Positions 45,886 through 56,712 are shown, numbered from the stretch's first letter. The stretch: 64,000 nt of DNA from Candidatus Gottesmanbacteria bacterium (GCA_963701185.1 OY969569.1:731548-795547), one strand, 5' to 3'. Translations and numbers: made by a program. The notes: generated by a model from the letters alone, not told the origin.

Positions 45886-46813
45886 CCACGAAATTCCCGC
45901 CATAACAAAACTCTGTCTTATGGGCTCTGCTATTTCGACAAAACGGCCATATCTCCCAACACTAAACGGTTATCCGAATAAAAAATGGATCCTCAAGCGG
46001 ATAACCGACTATCCGAACGCAATTAAAATTATGCAGGGAATTCGGGATACTGTTGTTTCCTTAGAAGACGCCGAGGAGATTTTTCATGTTTTGCGATCAG
46101 CCTGTTACGCATCCTTTGAACGTTTTGCCGATGCAGACCATATGTTTTCCGGTAATAATGAATATTATTTAATGCACAGCGGCTTCTTCAATCTTTCAGG
46201 AATTTTTTTGATACAACATTCGACAGCCCGTGATACAATCTATGCTATGAAACATCCTTCGATTATTCTCATTTCCGGCGGGTCATGCTCGGGTAAATCC
46301 GTGTTCGCACATCTTTTCCGCAGCGCCTTTATCCTGGAGATGGACCATTTTTACTTCGGTAAATCCCAGATGAAACCACAGCCCGACGGATCCTATGATT
46401 TTGACGCACCGGATGCGGTAGATATAGCGGATTGCGCGCGCGCAGTGCGCGGCCTTGTTTCCGGAAAATCCGTCACCATTCCGAAATACGACATGAAAAT
46501 AAGCGAGCGCACCGGAACGCAGCGGATTCAAGTACCCACGGATGCGAAGTTTCTCGTCATTGAGGGCATATTTGCTTTCTATTCCCCTCTTCGCGAACTG
46601 GCGGATCTGAAAATTTATATCGATGTCCCCACGGAACTGCGTGTGGCTCGGCGCATGATCCGGGACGAAAAAAAGGGCAGATCAGATATCCAAACGCTTT
46701 CCTGGTCCGTCACCGTTGAAAAAAATCATCAGACGTATGTCGAGCCGATGAAAAAATTCGCGGACATTATTGTCCCTTTTAGCTACAGTCCGGTACAGTT
46801 ATCTTCGGTATAA
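45662..46813 (+). CDS. Alpha/beta-hydrolase (GFSVGG nucleophile elbow) fused in-frame to a uridine kinase/phosphoribulokinase-like P-loop domain
   Basis: GFSVGG; then ILISGGSCSGKSV P-loop; IYIDVPTELRVARRMIRD is Udk-like. Together with the upstream fragment this is one gene carrying a frameshift. Confidence 0.6.
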   Translation: MKQADNLYLRRLYPPRIRCIGRKKNYIGRNCSTEKHFPWSLMTSEKSINIFKNPYSQNIYILGFSVGGTIAMILSHEIPAITKLCLMGSAISTKRPYLPTLNGYPNKKWILKRITDYPNAIKIMQGIRDTVVSLEDAEEIFHVLRSACYASFERFADADHMFSGNNEYYLMHSGFFNLSGIFLIQHSTARDTIYAMKHPSIILISGGSCSGKSVFAHLFRSAFILEMDHFYFGKSQMKPQPDGSYDFDAPDAVDIADCARAVRGLVSGKSVTIPKYDMKISERTGTQRIQVPTDAKFLVIEGIFAFYSPLRELADLKIYIDVPTELRVARRMIRDEKKGRSDIQTLSWSVTVEKNHQTYVEPMKKFADIIVPFSYSPVQLSSV

Positions 46814-47840
46814 ACTCATATGCCTCACGCGGCAACCGGTCGAGTGTAAAGAATCCAAGCCCGGCTACGTCTTTTCGTACAACAAGCTGCATATCCGGAA
46901 GCTGCGGACCGCAATCAAATATACGTACAGACGACGGATCCTCACGGAGCGCTAGTTCGTGATAGTGTGCCAATAATTCCGATATGTTATCCCAACTGCC
47001 TACACGGATTTCATTTTTGAACGGAAAATAATTATGGTTCAACGGTCCATCCAGAACAATGGATGCCACCGCGCCGCTCTCAATTTCGGTTTTAAATGCT
47101 TTCGGCGTATCGTCCACAATAATCATGCGGCCAAGCCATCCGGCGGACCGCAAATTCCCCAACCAGGAAGTTACAACTGTATGTTTATATTCATTCACCA
47201 GTGTCGGCTCTACGGGACTGCAATATAAGTAGCCTGTTTTCGGCTCCGCATGTGTCCGTGCATCCACAAGGACAGTCATCGGATCAACAGGCAGTCCATT
47301 CCACTCTATGACCCGCTTGGTAATAGCAAACATTTCCGACATCCGTCCGGTCAGATATGTGTACAGATGCCCCATGGAGTGGAGCGCGTGAACTGTTTCC
47401 ACTGCCCGTTGCTCCGCCCGGTTTACAAATGGATTGACATCAGGATGATGATTGGCCTGAATGATGTTCTGTACTTCGTCAATTTCCGCTGTCTGCCATT
47501 GCGGGATTCTGCGCGAATGACCGCATGCCTGTAAATCAGCATTCGTAGCTGTAACCCCTGTTACATGGGAAATCGCCTTAAGCAAATCATCTGTATGCGG
47601 CCACACGGTATTATCTAAATCAATAATGACAACCGGTCTGTAGACGGGATTCAATACTTCACTGAAAATTACCGTTTTTGTTTCCCCTTGTTCCGTCAAA
47701 ACAGCTGACCGTGGTCCGGCTATAGGTAACAGCTGGGGATCCAAATGACGATCAAGCCTCTCGGTGGAATGAAGTATGTTTTCTGCCTCTTTTCTTAAAT
47801 GATGATTGGTTTCAGACTCTTGTCTCGCTAAAAACGCCAT
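46779..47840 (-). CDS. HAD-superfamily hydrolase domain protein with additional domains
   Basis: HAD motif I VIIDLDNTVW. Confidence 0.55.
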   Translation of the reverse strand: MAFLARQESETNHHLRKEAENILHSTERLDRHLDPQLLPIAGPRSAVLTEQGETKTVIFSEVLNPVYRPVVIIDLDNTVWPHTDDLLKAISHVTGVTATNADLQACGHSRRIPQWQTAEIDEVQNIIQANHHPDVNPFVNRAEQRAVETVHALHSMGHLYTYLTGRMSEMFAITKRVIEWNGLPVDPMTVLVDARTHAEPKTGYLYCSPVEPTLVNEYKHTVVTSWLGNLRSAGWLGRMIIVDDTPKAFKTEIESGAVASIVLDGPLNHNYFPFKNEIRVGSWDNISELLAHYHELALREDPSSVRIFDCGPQLPDMQLVVRKDVAGLGFFTLDRLPREAYEFIPKITVPDCS

Positions 47841-47941
47841 AAATGATCCCTCGTTGGCAGAATAGGATTCATCCTATCATAGGGTTTGGGGCATTGCAAG
47901 AGGATTTTTCTATAAAAAATGCTATAATATGACACTATTTT

Positions 47942-50053
47942 ATGACAGGCAGCCGCCACAGTAATGAATATGAACCGGAACCTCAAACGGGTTCGTTTAT
48001 TGTCCCGATCGAACAGTATGAAAGTCCGGCGTCACGCATCCGCGGATTTAAAGAACTTCTGAAATATAAACTATGTGCTCCCAACCCTATGTTCATACTC
48101 GGACATGCTGCATTTACCCAATATCTTTCCCATGAACGACTCACACCTGATATTCAGAACGCTATCGGAAACGCTTTCGATACCATCCGGCTCCATAATC
48201 CGACCCGCGGGGCGTATGTGGGGCGCGCATTTTATGTTCCCGGTATTGATAATCCGAACGGTCCCAGAACTGCCGGCATCTATGATAAAAAGGAATATAT
48301 TCGGGAAGTAGAAAAATTTTACCGTTTCGTCGTTACCCATAACTATCATTCCGATAAAAATGCGGATATCGCCCTTATTTTCCATCCGTTTTTGAGTGCA
48401 ACGGACCCACGGCCGATGTACGGAAATATACGCCTTCGAACCAACGAAAAACTCCCGTGGGCCGGCGGCCTGGTCGTCCCCCATCCGGAACCCGGACGCA
48501 AACACCAAATGGAAATTCATGCGGCGTTCGGTGCAGATGAATCGGTAAAAAGTTATCCGGCTGATATCTACCTGATCGATCCTGACCGGATATCCGTCAC
48601 ACAGAAGCATATTGCCCTGAAAAACGAAACAACGGTTCCGGTTTCCGGCAGTACATATGATGAACACTTTCCGATTCCCCGAAGATTTCAGTCCGAACAG
48701 GCGCTCACTGATCATGAAATTCTTGCCGTCGCCCGGGAAGCGGAAAAGGTATTTGCCAAACGGCCATTCGCCCGCATTGAGTTTATGATCCAACACGACG
48801 GCGTATATATCCGGGAAATAGCCCCATGGGAGCCTGATGATGAAACGGAACTCTTTCGGTTTCCGTCCGGCGCATCAATAACCGGCCCGGTCATCCGTGT
48901 CGCTGACGAAAGCGATATTGGACGGATGAACGGCCCGGACGCAATCGTCTATTTTCCTCCCGAAGCTTCCCGCCGCAGGACAACGGATCTTTTTACCATG
49001 GTGGCGCATGCTCCGCAAATCACGCGGCTCGTGGCGCTGTGCTCCGGAAACATTACGACCGCACATGCCGTCAAAGTTATTGCTGAATCAGGCCACAGTA
49101 TTGTTATGGTCGGCGACAAAAAATTCCCGGACGGGATAGCGGTGACTGTGTACAAAAATAACGAGGGAAAACCTGTTGTTGAACCGGTCGATCCCTATTT
49201 TGATGCCATTATTCCCCTCGCGGATGTCCAACGGTTATCTGCTGGGGAAGCGGGAAATAAAGTGGGACGTCTTTCCATGATGAAAGAACAGGGCATACCG
49301 GTGCCTGACGGATTTGCCATAAGCTCGCAAGCCATCAAGCGCTATCTCCATGACCTTAGTATAAATCGGCATATCGCGCTGTTGGATGCCGCTGATCCGG
49401 ACAACATGACATACATCCGTACAATTACCGACAAAATACAGAAAAAAATTCTTGCAACTCCGCTTCCGATATCTCTGGAAGAACGAATCCGCAAGGCGAC
49501 CAACATATATAACTTCCCGACGTACATGATCCGTTCGTCCGGCAGTGAAGACGGTGCAGGCATATCCCGCGCGGGACTCTATAAATCTTCCAGTGATGTA
49601 AAGCCGGAACATGTCCCCGGCATGATACGGGAAACTATTGCTAGTTATTTCTCCGCCGCAAGCGTTATCGATATCCTCAAAGCCGGACAGCTTCCTTCGG
49701 ATATCGCCGTCGGCGTCGGCATCCATGAATATATTCCTGACCTTCCGGGAACACTTGGTGCCGTTGTTTTTACCTACCCCGACTCCATCACCATAGAAAC
49801 CGTAGAGGGATCGCCGGAATCAATCGTTTCCGGAACGGCAAAAGATTTCATCCGTATCACATACGACAGGAAAAATAAGCACAGTTCACTTACTCCCGTG
49901 GGATCTCCCAAACAACACATAACAGACGACATGATCCACAACGTTGTCCGTACGGTTAGCCAGATAGAGGAGCTATTTAAAACCTATCAGGACGTGGAGC
50001 TCATGATCCGTCCAGACGGGAAACTGTGGGTGTTCCAGGCACGGCCGAGATAA
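47942..50053 (+). CDS. PEP-utilizing enzyme/PPDK-family protein (nucleotide-binding PPDK_N-like regions plus a swivelling His domain)
   Basis: The C-terminal region reads AGEAGNKVGRLSMMKEQGIPVPDGFAIS...KLWVFQARPR. An N-terminal region ends ...ARIEFMIQHDGVYIREIAPW. The middle region is a mobile-domain-like segment (GNITTAHAVKVIAESGHSIVMVG). Confidence 0.65.
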   Translation: MTGSRHSNEYEPEPQTGSFIVPIEQYESPASRIRGFKELLKYKLCAPNPMFILGHAAFTQYLSHERLTPDIQNAIGNAFDTIRLHNPTRGAYVGRAFYVPGIDNPNGPRTAGIYDKKEYIREVEKFYRFVVTHNYHSDKNADIALIFHPFLSATDPRPMYGNIRLRTNEKLPWAGGLVVPHPEPGRKHQMEIHAAFGADESVKSYPADIYLIDPDRISVTQKHIALKNETTVPVSGSTYDEHFPIPRRFQSEQALTDHEILAVAREAEKVFAKRPFARIEFMIQHDGVYIREIAPWEPDDETELFRFPSGASITGPVIRVADESDIGRMNGPDAIVYFPPEASRRRTTDLFTMVAHAPQITRLVALCSGNITTAHAVKVIAESGHSIVMVGDKKFPDGIAVTVYKNNEGKPVVEPVDPYFDAIIPLADVQRLSAGEAGNKVGRLSMMKEQGIPVPDGFAISSQAIKRYLHDLSINRHIALLDAADPDNMTYIRTITDKIQKKILATPLPISLEERIRKATNIYNFPTYMIRSSGSEDGAGISRAGLYKSSSDVKPEHVPGMIRETIASYFSAASVIDILKAGQLPSDIAVGVGIHEYIPDLPGTLGAVVFTYPDSITIETVEGSPESIVSGTAKDFIRITYDRKNKHSSLTPVGSPKQHITDDMIHNVVRTVSQIEELFKTYQDVELMIRPDGKLWVFQARPR

Positions 50054-50327
50054 TATTCGTCAGTTCTTCTCGGACCGCTTTATTGTTCTCCCTATACGTC
50101 AAAAGGGGGTTCTTGTCTTCCGGCTGGTGCCAAAACAAAGGAGATAGATCTTCATGTCCGGGCACTTCTATTTCCAACCCTCCGTTTTTTAATTGAGTAA
50201 GGCTGACAACAACCGCGCTGATAGTCTTAGGTAATACAATGGAATCAGCATCTTCGTTCAGTCCGTGGTTGAGCTCTGTTCCTTTTTGAATCTTAATTTT
50301 TTGACCAATTTCAAACTTGTTTAGCAT
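50001..50327 (-). CDS. Hypothetical protein
   Basis: 108-aa ORF overlapping the 3' end of the convergent gene. Confidence 0.3.
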   Translation of the reverse strand: MLNKFEIGQKIKIQKGTELNHGLNEDADSIVLPKTISAVVVSLTQLKNGGLEIEVPGHEDLSPLFWHQPEDKNPLLTYRENNKAVREELTNIISAVPGTPTVSRLDGS

Positions 50328-50368
50328 AAGGGGAAATAACTATACTCCTGAATAAATTACTTGTCAAA

Positions 50369-51424
50369 TCAAGCTAAAACGTGCGCGTTGACGAAGGATT
50401 TAAGCTCCTTTTTAAACCGTTCCTTGCTGAATTTTTTGGCCTGGGCAATACAATCTTCGGCACGAAATGTCATCGTTTCAAATTTCCGGATCGCAGATGC
50501 AAGATCACCGGTAAATAAGATTCCGGTTTTTCCGTCAATGACAGATTCTTTGTACCCGCCTCCCGCATACGCGATAACCGGTGTCCCTGCTGCCATCGCC
50601 TCAACTGGGGTCATGCCGAAATCCTCGTCGGTTGCTAAGGCCAAAAACGCCTTCGCGCCGGTGTAGAGCCTCGCAAGTTCGGTATCCGAAACATACCCAA
50701 GAAACTCGATGTTTTTATTGCTGCTTCCGTTTGCCCCTACGATTTTCAGATAAAATCCTAATTTTTTTGCCGCTGCGAGAGCAAGATCAAGACCTTTGCT
50801 TCCGACCGGGCGCGAAACAAAAAGATAATAATTTTCTTTTTTCACATTCAGCACTTTCGGAAGATCAATCGGTGGATAGATTACGGTCGAATCACGGCGG
50901 TAAAACTTTTGAATACGACGCTTTGTCTCTTCGGAATTAGCAATAAAATAATCGACCCGTTGGGCGGCGTTATAATCATACTGTCGCAGGAAAAATCCAA
51001 CGACCGTCGCATACGCGCGGACAATTGGATACTTTTGCCAATTTACGCTTGTCGGATAACCGTAGAGCCACCGTGGCGGCGTATGGCAGTAACAAATTTC
51101 GATCGCGTGTCCCTTCTTTTTAAATCCTTTCGTCACGTACCAACTGGAGGAACCAAGAACCACATCATACCCGGAAAGGTCAAAGGAATTCCAAATCGCC
51201 GGCGCCAGAAACCGTAAGGGGCTGGCCAATGGATACAGATACTGCATCCATGATGTCCGGATATCCTTATGTTTCAACCGCTCCCACGCGGGCGATCCCT
51301 TTTTGCAGTACGCCGTATAGATCGGCGCCCCCGGCCAAAGTTCGGACATGGCCACAAGTACCCGCTCCGCTCCCCCGAATTCATTGAGCTGATCATGCAC
51401 CAGTGCGATTTTCATATTTGACAA
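50369..51424 (-). CDS. Family 4 (GT-B) glycosyltransferase
   Basis: EDFGMTPVEAMAAGTPVIA EX7E-type motif. Confidence 0.85.
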   Translation of the reverse strand: MSNMKIALVHDQLNEFGGAERVLVAMSELWPGAPIYTAYCKKGSPAWERLKHKDIRTSWMQYLYPLASPLRFLAPAIWNSFDLSGYDVVLGSSSWYVTKGFKKKGHAIEICYCHTPPRWLYGYPTSVNWQKYPIVRAYATVVGFFLRQYDYNAAQRVDYFIANSEETKRRIQKFYRRDSTVIYPPIDLPKVLNVKKENYYLFVSRPVGSKGLDLALAAAKKLGFYLKIVGANGSSNKNIEFLGYVSDTELARLYTGAKAFLALATDEDFGMTPVEAMAAGTPVIAYAGGGYKESVIDGKTGILFTGDLASAIRKFETMTFRAEDCIAQAKKFSKERFKKELKSFVNAHVLA

Positions 51425-51523
51425 TTCATACTACCATGGTATACTATTTACATAGTCGGACTCGAAGCGACCCCTCGCCGTAAAATCGGAGAGTGATGTC
51501 GATAAGACCGACTTTTTTGTCCA

Positions 51524-51970
51524 TTAAACATACTTTAAAATCTCTTTCTCTGAAATTTTCCTAACCTTACGGAGCCTCCCTTTCGATCTGTGTACTCCCC
51601 AAGCTAAAGAGTGGGCGGGCGATCGTTTTCCAATCCGTACAAAACGAATATCCGGAACTTTCTTTGTACCACTGCGGACAAACAATTTTGTAAGTGTTTC
51701 TTCAATAATTATATTCTTTCCCGTATATTCCTCATCAATTCTTAATACCGGAATATCATGTTCCCTCATGAGAATAAACACTAAAACACCAAATAATACT
51801 GCCGGTATATCTTTTGCAGGAATCAAACTATGTCTCCGAAGATAAATAATCACCTTTCTTTTTGCTCCGGCATTCACAAATACCGCTCCACTTTGACTAT
51901 TTGCGAAAGCCACCGCCGTTCCTGTACTCAAATCCTCTACTCTGCCACTTTGATCAACTTCTACCGCCAT
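51524..51970 (-). CDS. Hypothetical protein with a basic C-terminus
   Basis: 148-aa ORF. Confidence 0.4.
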   Translation of the reverse strand: MAVEVDQSGRVEDLSTGTAVAFANSQSGAVFVNAGAKRKVIIYLRRHSLIPAKDIPAVLFGVLVFILMREHDIPVLRIDEEYTGKNIIIEETLTKLFVRSGTKKVPDIRFVRIGKRSPAHSLAWGVHRSKGRLRKVRKISEKEILKYV

Positions 51971-51983
51971 ATTCGTGCAATTT

Positions 51984-52541
51984 TCATAAAAATCTAAAAA
52001 CTAACAATACTAGCCAAATGTACCATATTGTCATACACAAAATTTGAACGAAAACATTCGTTTTTTTCGCAAACATGTAGCCGAATGCCAAAATGATAGG
52101 GACAACGACTGCAACATTTGTAAACTGTATAAAAAATAAATTACGGGTTAATTGCGCAACGTATAATTGACCCAACGCCCACAAAACACCGCTGCTATAT
52201 ACAACAATTCTATGCATGACCGTGTGTCTTCCTTCAGTAAAATACGCGAGTGATCCGAAAAGAACTGCGGATACGATCAACGACCATGCTGCCGGTGAAC
52301 TGTACGACATTTTGAAAAACTGAATGAGAAACAAAACAAAACCGAGATCGAGAAGGCCTTTGATCAAAAAATTTAATCGAAACATCACCGCGTGAGTCGA
52401 GCGTTCGAGAAACAAAACTGATTTAGATACGGTATGTTTTGTGAAAGAAAAATTCGGCGCTCTTCGAATCAAGAATAATGCAATTAAACCAAACAATGGT
52501 ATTGATAGAACGCTATTATATTTAAAAAATTCCGGTACCAT
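51984..52541 (-). CDS. Hypothetical polytopic membrane protein
   Basis: 185 aa, five or six TM helices. Confidence 0.5.
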   Translation of the reverse strand: MVPEFFKYNSVLSIPLFGLIALFLIRRAPNFSFTKHTVSKSVLFLERSTHAVMFRLNFLIKGLLDLGFVLFLIQFFKMSYSSPAAWSLIVSAVLFGSLAYFTEGRHTVMHRIVVYSSGVLWALGQLYVAQLTRNLFFIQFTNVAVVVPIILAFGYMFAKKTNVFVQILCMTIWYIWLVLLVFRFL

Positions 52542-52543
52542 AT

Positions 52544-53428
52544 TTAAAATAATTCTTGTTGTTTTGATTGTTCACTTTGCACTTGTACCTTTTCACTTTT
52601 CACTTCTTCTCCGGTAATCCTCTTCAAAAGAGACCGGAAGCCGAACGTAGTAAGCTCTCTCACGGCTTCAGGCCGGTTCAGACTTCCCAGGGGCACGAGA
52701 GAGCCTTCCAGTGGCACGTTGGTGCGGATTGTCGACAAATCATGACACATGCGTGCACTCTTTTTCTCCTCTGCCGTCAATTCTTTTGTCTGTAAAATAG
52801 CCTCAAGGGTTTTATATTTTATCAGGAGGGCTACCGCGGTCTTTGGCCCTATGCCCGCGACCCCGGGATAATTATCCGACGGGTCGCCGGCAAGTGCTTT
52901 AAAATCCGGAATTTTATCAGGTGCTACCCCCATCCGTTCTAGAACCGCTTTTTCATCGTATAATTTCGCCTGCGATAACCCTTTGGTGGGCATATACACA
53001 AGAATGTGATCATCATCCACTAACTGAAGCAAGTCTCTATCTCCTGTGACAATAATCACCTGGTCTTTGGATTGTGTAGCTAAGGTACCAATGACATCGT
53101 CCGCCTCGAATCCGTCTTGTTCAAAAATCGGTATGCCGAAACCCGATACCAGCGCATGCACTTTGGGGATTTGATCTACTAACTCATCGTCCATCTTTGG
53201 ACGTTTGGCCTGATATCCCTCAAATAATTTTTTCCGGAATGTGGGCTTGGGCCGGTCAAAGGCAACGGCAACATGTGTGGGTTTCAGGTCCCCGATGAGG
53301 CGAAGAAGCATGGTCCCGAACCCGTAGACGGCATTCACGACCGATCCGTCGGGAGCCGTTAAGGGTGGAATCGCATGATACGCACGGTGAAGAATTGCGT
53401 TTCCATCAATTAAAACCAGTCGGTTCAT
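52544..53428 (-). CDS. 5'-3' exonuclease (FEN/Pol I N-terminal domain type, stand-alone)
   Basis: LVLIDGNAILHRAYHA start and acidic clusters (EADDVIGTLA, VTGDRDLLQLV). Confidence 0.85.
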   Translation of the reverse strand: MNRLVLIDGNAILHRAYHAIPPLTAPDGSVVNAVYGFGTMLLRLIGDLKPTHVAVAFDRPKPTFRKKLFEGYQAKRPKMDDELVDQIPKVHALVSGFGIPIFEQDGFEADDVIGTLATQSKDQVIIVTGDRDLLQLVDDDHILVYMPTKGLSQAKLYDEKAVLERMGVAPDKIPDFKALAGDPSDNYPGVAGIGPKTAVALLIKYKTLEAILQTKELTAEEKKSARMCHDLSTIRTNVPLEGSLVPLGSLNRPEAVRELTTFGFRSLLKRITGEEVKSEKVQVQSEQSKQQELF

Positions 53429-55311
53429 TCTACCTTCTTCTTGGGGCCACCCATCATTGCTTCAAATTCTTCGCCTTCAACCGTTTCTTTTTTGATAAGT
53501 TCCGCGGCGATGAGGTCCAATTGTTTCTTGTGTTTCTTAAGTATGTCCACTGCTTCTTTATATCCTGTGTTGACAAATTTTTGGACTTCAACGTCTATTT
53601 TACCAAGCATATCCGGTGAAATTTGCTGGGCTTCGGTGAGGCTCTTCCCCCACTCCGTTACGTCCATCTGCGGGCCGAAGTTGATGGGACCGAGGTCCGA
53701 CATGCCGAATTCCATCACCATATAGCGGGCAATTCTCGTTGCCTGATCTATATCATTGGCGGCGCCGGACGTCATTTCGTTGAAAATCAACTGCTCTGCC
53801 GCACGGCCTCCCATGGTCATGGCAATTTCATCAATAAGACGGGACTTTGTTTCATGCAGGCGGTCTTTCTCCGGCGGAGACAATGTATACCCCAGCGCCA
53901 TACCGCGGGAAACAATACTGATCCTGTGTACCGCGTCCGTGAATTTGGAAAAATAGGAAACCACCGCATGCCCGCCTTCGTGATAGGCTGTCATTTTCCG
54001 GTCCAGTTCACTCTGCAGCCGTTTTTTCTCCGGCCCGAGCTTTACTTTCGTTGCCGCTTCTTCAAGGTCACTCATGTCGATTTCTTTTTTGTTCCCGCGG
54101 GCCGCCTGGATCGCAGATTCATTGAGCATGTTCTCCAAATCCGCCCCTGAAAAACCGACTGTCCGTTTGGCCACTTTATCCCAGTCCACAGCAACTGTAA
54201 ACGGTTTCCCGCGCGCATGAATTTTTAAAATGGCTTTCCGTCCTTCGATATCCGGCATATCCAACACCACCCTGCGGTCAAACCGTCCGGGCCGCAGGAG
54301 CGCCGGGTCCAGTAAATCCCCGCGGTTGGTCGCAGCCACAATAAGAACCGCGACATTGGGTTCAAATCCGTCCATTTCAACCAATATTTGGTTCAGAGTC
54401 TGTTCCCGTTCGTCATGCCCGCCCATGATGCCGACACTGCGCATGCGGCCGATGGCATCAATTTCATCGATAAAAATAATGGCCGGTGCGGTTTTCTTTG
54501 CCTGAGCAAATAAATCGCGGACGCGCGCCGCGCCCACGCCGACCAGCATCTCCATAAATTCCGATCCGGCAATGCTGTAAAACGATGTTTTCGCCTCTCC
54601 TGCCATAGCTTTGGCAAGAAGTGTTTTTCCTGTTCCGCTGGGGCCGACTAAGAGCACCCCTTTCGGAGTCCGGGCACCGAGTGCTTTATATTTTGTGGGA
54701 TTTTTCAAAAAATCGACAACTTCCTCGAGTTCCTTTTTCGCCTCATCCACGCCTGCCACATCCGCAAACGTCACTTTAGGCAAATCTTTATTCCAAATCC
54801 GGGCTTTGCTCTGGCCGAAGCTAAAAAGGTTATCCTGCGCCCCTCGGGCCTGGCGAAAGAGGAAAAGGAAAAACAATACGGTCAGAACAAGAGGTAAAAC
54901 ATTGGAAATAATATTGATCCACATCTGACTCGCGCTTTGATCGCGGACGGTAATAGCTACATTTTTAGGATCAACTCCTGCATCAAAGAGCAGTTTATAC
55001 AGGGAATCCTGCGTTTCCTTGCGCGATACGGCTTTCGTGCCGTTTTTATATGACACCGTCAACTTGGTCTCCTCTACGTCAATACTGTTCACGGTACCTG
55101 CTTTCACATCGCTAATCACGGAAGAAAGAGGGTTTTCCGGCAAATTGGGGTTTTGCCCACTCATACTGCCCAGGAAGGATAAAAGAATAAACACAACAAA
55201 CAACCCGATGAAGACATTTTTGAGGTTCAGATGAAACTGGAACATCCAGATTTTGGATTTCTTGCCGTTCCCGTTCTTTTTTATGGTTTTCGAAGGCGTT
55301 TTTTCAGGCAT
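53425..55311 (-). CDS. ftsH: ATP-dependent zinc metalloprotease FtsH
   Basis: Walker A GPSGTGKT; SRH; the HEGGHA zinc motif. Confidence 0.95.
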   Translation of the reverse strand: MPEKTPSKTIKKNGNGKKSKIWMFQFHLNLKNVFIGLFVVFILLSFLGSMSGQNPNLPENPLSSVISDVKAGTVNSIDVEETKLTVSYKNGTKAVSRKETQDSLYKLLFDAGVDPKNVAITVRDQSASQMWINIISNVLPLVLTVLFFLFLFRQARGAQDNLFSFGQSKARIWNKDLPKVTFADVAGVDEAKKELEEVVDFLKNPTKYKALGARTPKGVLLVGPSGTGKTLLAKAMAGEAKTSFYSIAGSEFMEMLVGVGAARVRDLFAQAKKTAPAIIFIDEIDAIGRMRSVGIMGGHDEREQTLNQILVEMDGFEPNVAVLIVAATNRGDLLDPALLRPGRFDRRVVLDMPDIEGRKAILKIHARGKPFTVAVDWDKVAKRTVGFSGADLENMLNESAIQAARGNKKEIDMSDLEEAATKVKLGPEKKRLQSELDRKMTAYHEGGHAVVSYFSKFTDAVHRISIVSRGMALGYTLSPPEKDRLHETKSRLIDEIAMTMGGRAAEQLIFNEMTSGAANDIDQATRIARYMVMEFGMSDLGPINFGPQMDVTEWGKSLTEAQQISPDMLGKIDVEVQKFVNTGYKEAVDILKKHKKQLDLIAAELIKKETVEGEEFEAMMGGPKKKVE

Positions 55312-55335
55312 AGGTACCCGGCAAGTATACCACGT

Positions 55336-56712
55336 TTATCGGATTTTCGCGCCTGGCGGCATGCCGTCGGCGGACAAAAAGAGAGGCTTTCCGTCAGGGC
55401 TGTCGACCGCCATAATCATCCCTTGTGATTCTTCATCCATCATCTTGCGCGGCGCGAGGTTGGTGATAAAGAAAAACTGTTTTCCGGCGAAATAGTCCGG
55501 CGTGTATCCGAACGCGCGCACACCGGTAAAGATAACGCGCGTCCCTTTCTCTCCGAAATCGACAACAAGCCGGATAAGCTTGTCGCTGCCTTCTTTATTT
55601 TCCGCTTCCACCACTTTACCAACGCGCATTTCAACGCGCGCAAACTCATCAATGGTTATCGAATTCAAAGCTGAGCTTTCAGATTTTTTAAAGCTCAGCT
55701 TTGTATTGAATGAATACTGATTTACCAGTCCGATTGCTTCTCGTACCTCGTCCATTGTTTTACCCGCAACCGCTTGTGCTTTTGCCGCCCCCTCCTCCAA
55801 AATCTTTTTGACTTTTTCCGGATGATTTTTCAAATCTTCGTATCGTGCGCGGGATTTTTTGAACGTTTTCATCAAAGATTCGAATAAATAATTTTTTACC
55901 TCAATATCAGATACCTGGCCTTTCGTATAGCTCTCTTTCAATTGGTTTGTTTTCTCTGATTCCCCAAAAAAATCGAGGTATGTGAAAACCATATTCCCTT
56001 CTATGTGTCCGGGGTCGGTCGCGTGTTTTCGGGTGGGATCGGTGTATGCACTGTTCACTTGTTTCTTAATAATTTCCTCTTGATCAAAAATACTGATGAT
56101 GTTTCCCAGAGATTTACTCATCTTCCGTTTCCCGTCGGTCCCCATAATTGTCGCCACTTCTTCGGGGATATATGGATCGGGAATTTTGAATACCTGTTTC
56201 TTATATATTTTGTTAAACCGCTCGGCGACGTCGCGGGCAATTTCAATATGCTGCTTCTGGTCCTTCCCTACCGGCACCAAATCAGGCTTATAGAGAAGTA
56301 TATCCGCCGCCATGAGCATAGGATAACTAAACAACCCGACGTTGATGTCATCTTCCATCACGTCTTTGGCGAGTTTATCCTTGTATGCATGCGCACGTTT
56401 CAGAAGCCCCAGTGGAGTTATGTTGTTAAGAATTGACTGCAGTTCGGTGTGCTCTGTCACATCCGACTGACGGAAAAACGTAATATTTTTTAAATCGCCA
56501 AGAAGAGCCAATTCATTCAGAATCAGCGTTTCAGTATTTTGCTGCAGCCGCGTTTTATCCTGAATAGTCGTTAACGCATGCAAATCAGCCACGAAAAGAA
56601 AGCAGTCATACTCTTCTGACAGCTTTTTGAATTGGCTCACTGCTCCCAAATAGTTCCCAATATGGAGACTTCCGTCCCCGCTCGGCGTAATCCCTGACAA
56701 TATGCGTTTCAT
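55336..56712 (-). CDS. trpS: Tryptophanyl-tRNA synthetase with a C-terminal EMAP/Myf-type tRNA-binding domain
   Basis: GITPSG...HIGNYLGA and KMSKS. The C-terminal about 100 aa read EMRVGKVVEAENKEGSDKLIRLVVDFGEKGTRVIFTGV...ESQGMIMAV...PPGAKIR, like the MetRS/PheT Myf domain. Confidence 0.85.
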   Translation of the reverse strand: MKRILSGITPSGDGSLHIGNYLGAVSQFKKLSEEYDCFLFVADLHALTTIQDKTRLQQNTETLILNELALLGDLKNITFFRQSDVTEHTELQSILNNITPLGLLKRAHAYKDKLAKDVMEDDINVGLFSYPMLMAADILLYKPDLVPVGKDQKQHIEIARDVAERFNKIYKKQVFKIPDPYIPEEVATIMGTDGKRKMSKSLGNIISIFDQEEIIKKQVNSAYTDPTRKHATDPGHIEGNMVFTYLDFFGESEKTNQLKESYTKGQVSDIEVKNYLFESLMKTFKKSRARYEDLKNHPEKVKKILEEGAAKAQAVAGKTMDEVREAIGLVNQYSFNTKLSFKKSESSALNSITIDEFARVEMRVGKVVEAENKEGSDKLIRLVVDFGEKGTRVIFTGVRAFGYTPDYFAGKQFFFITNLAPRKMMDEESQGMIMAVDSPDGKPLFLSADGMPPGAKIR

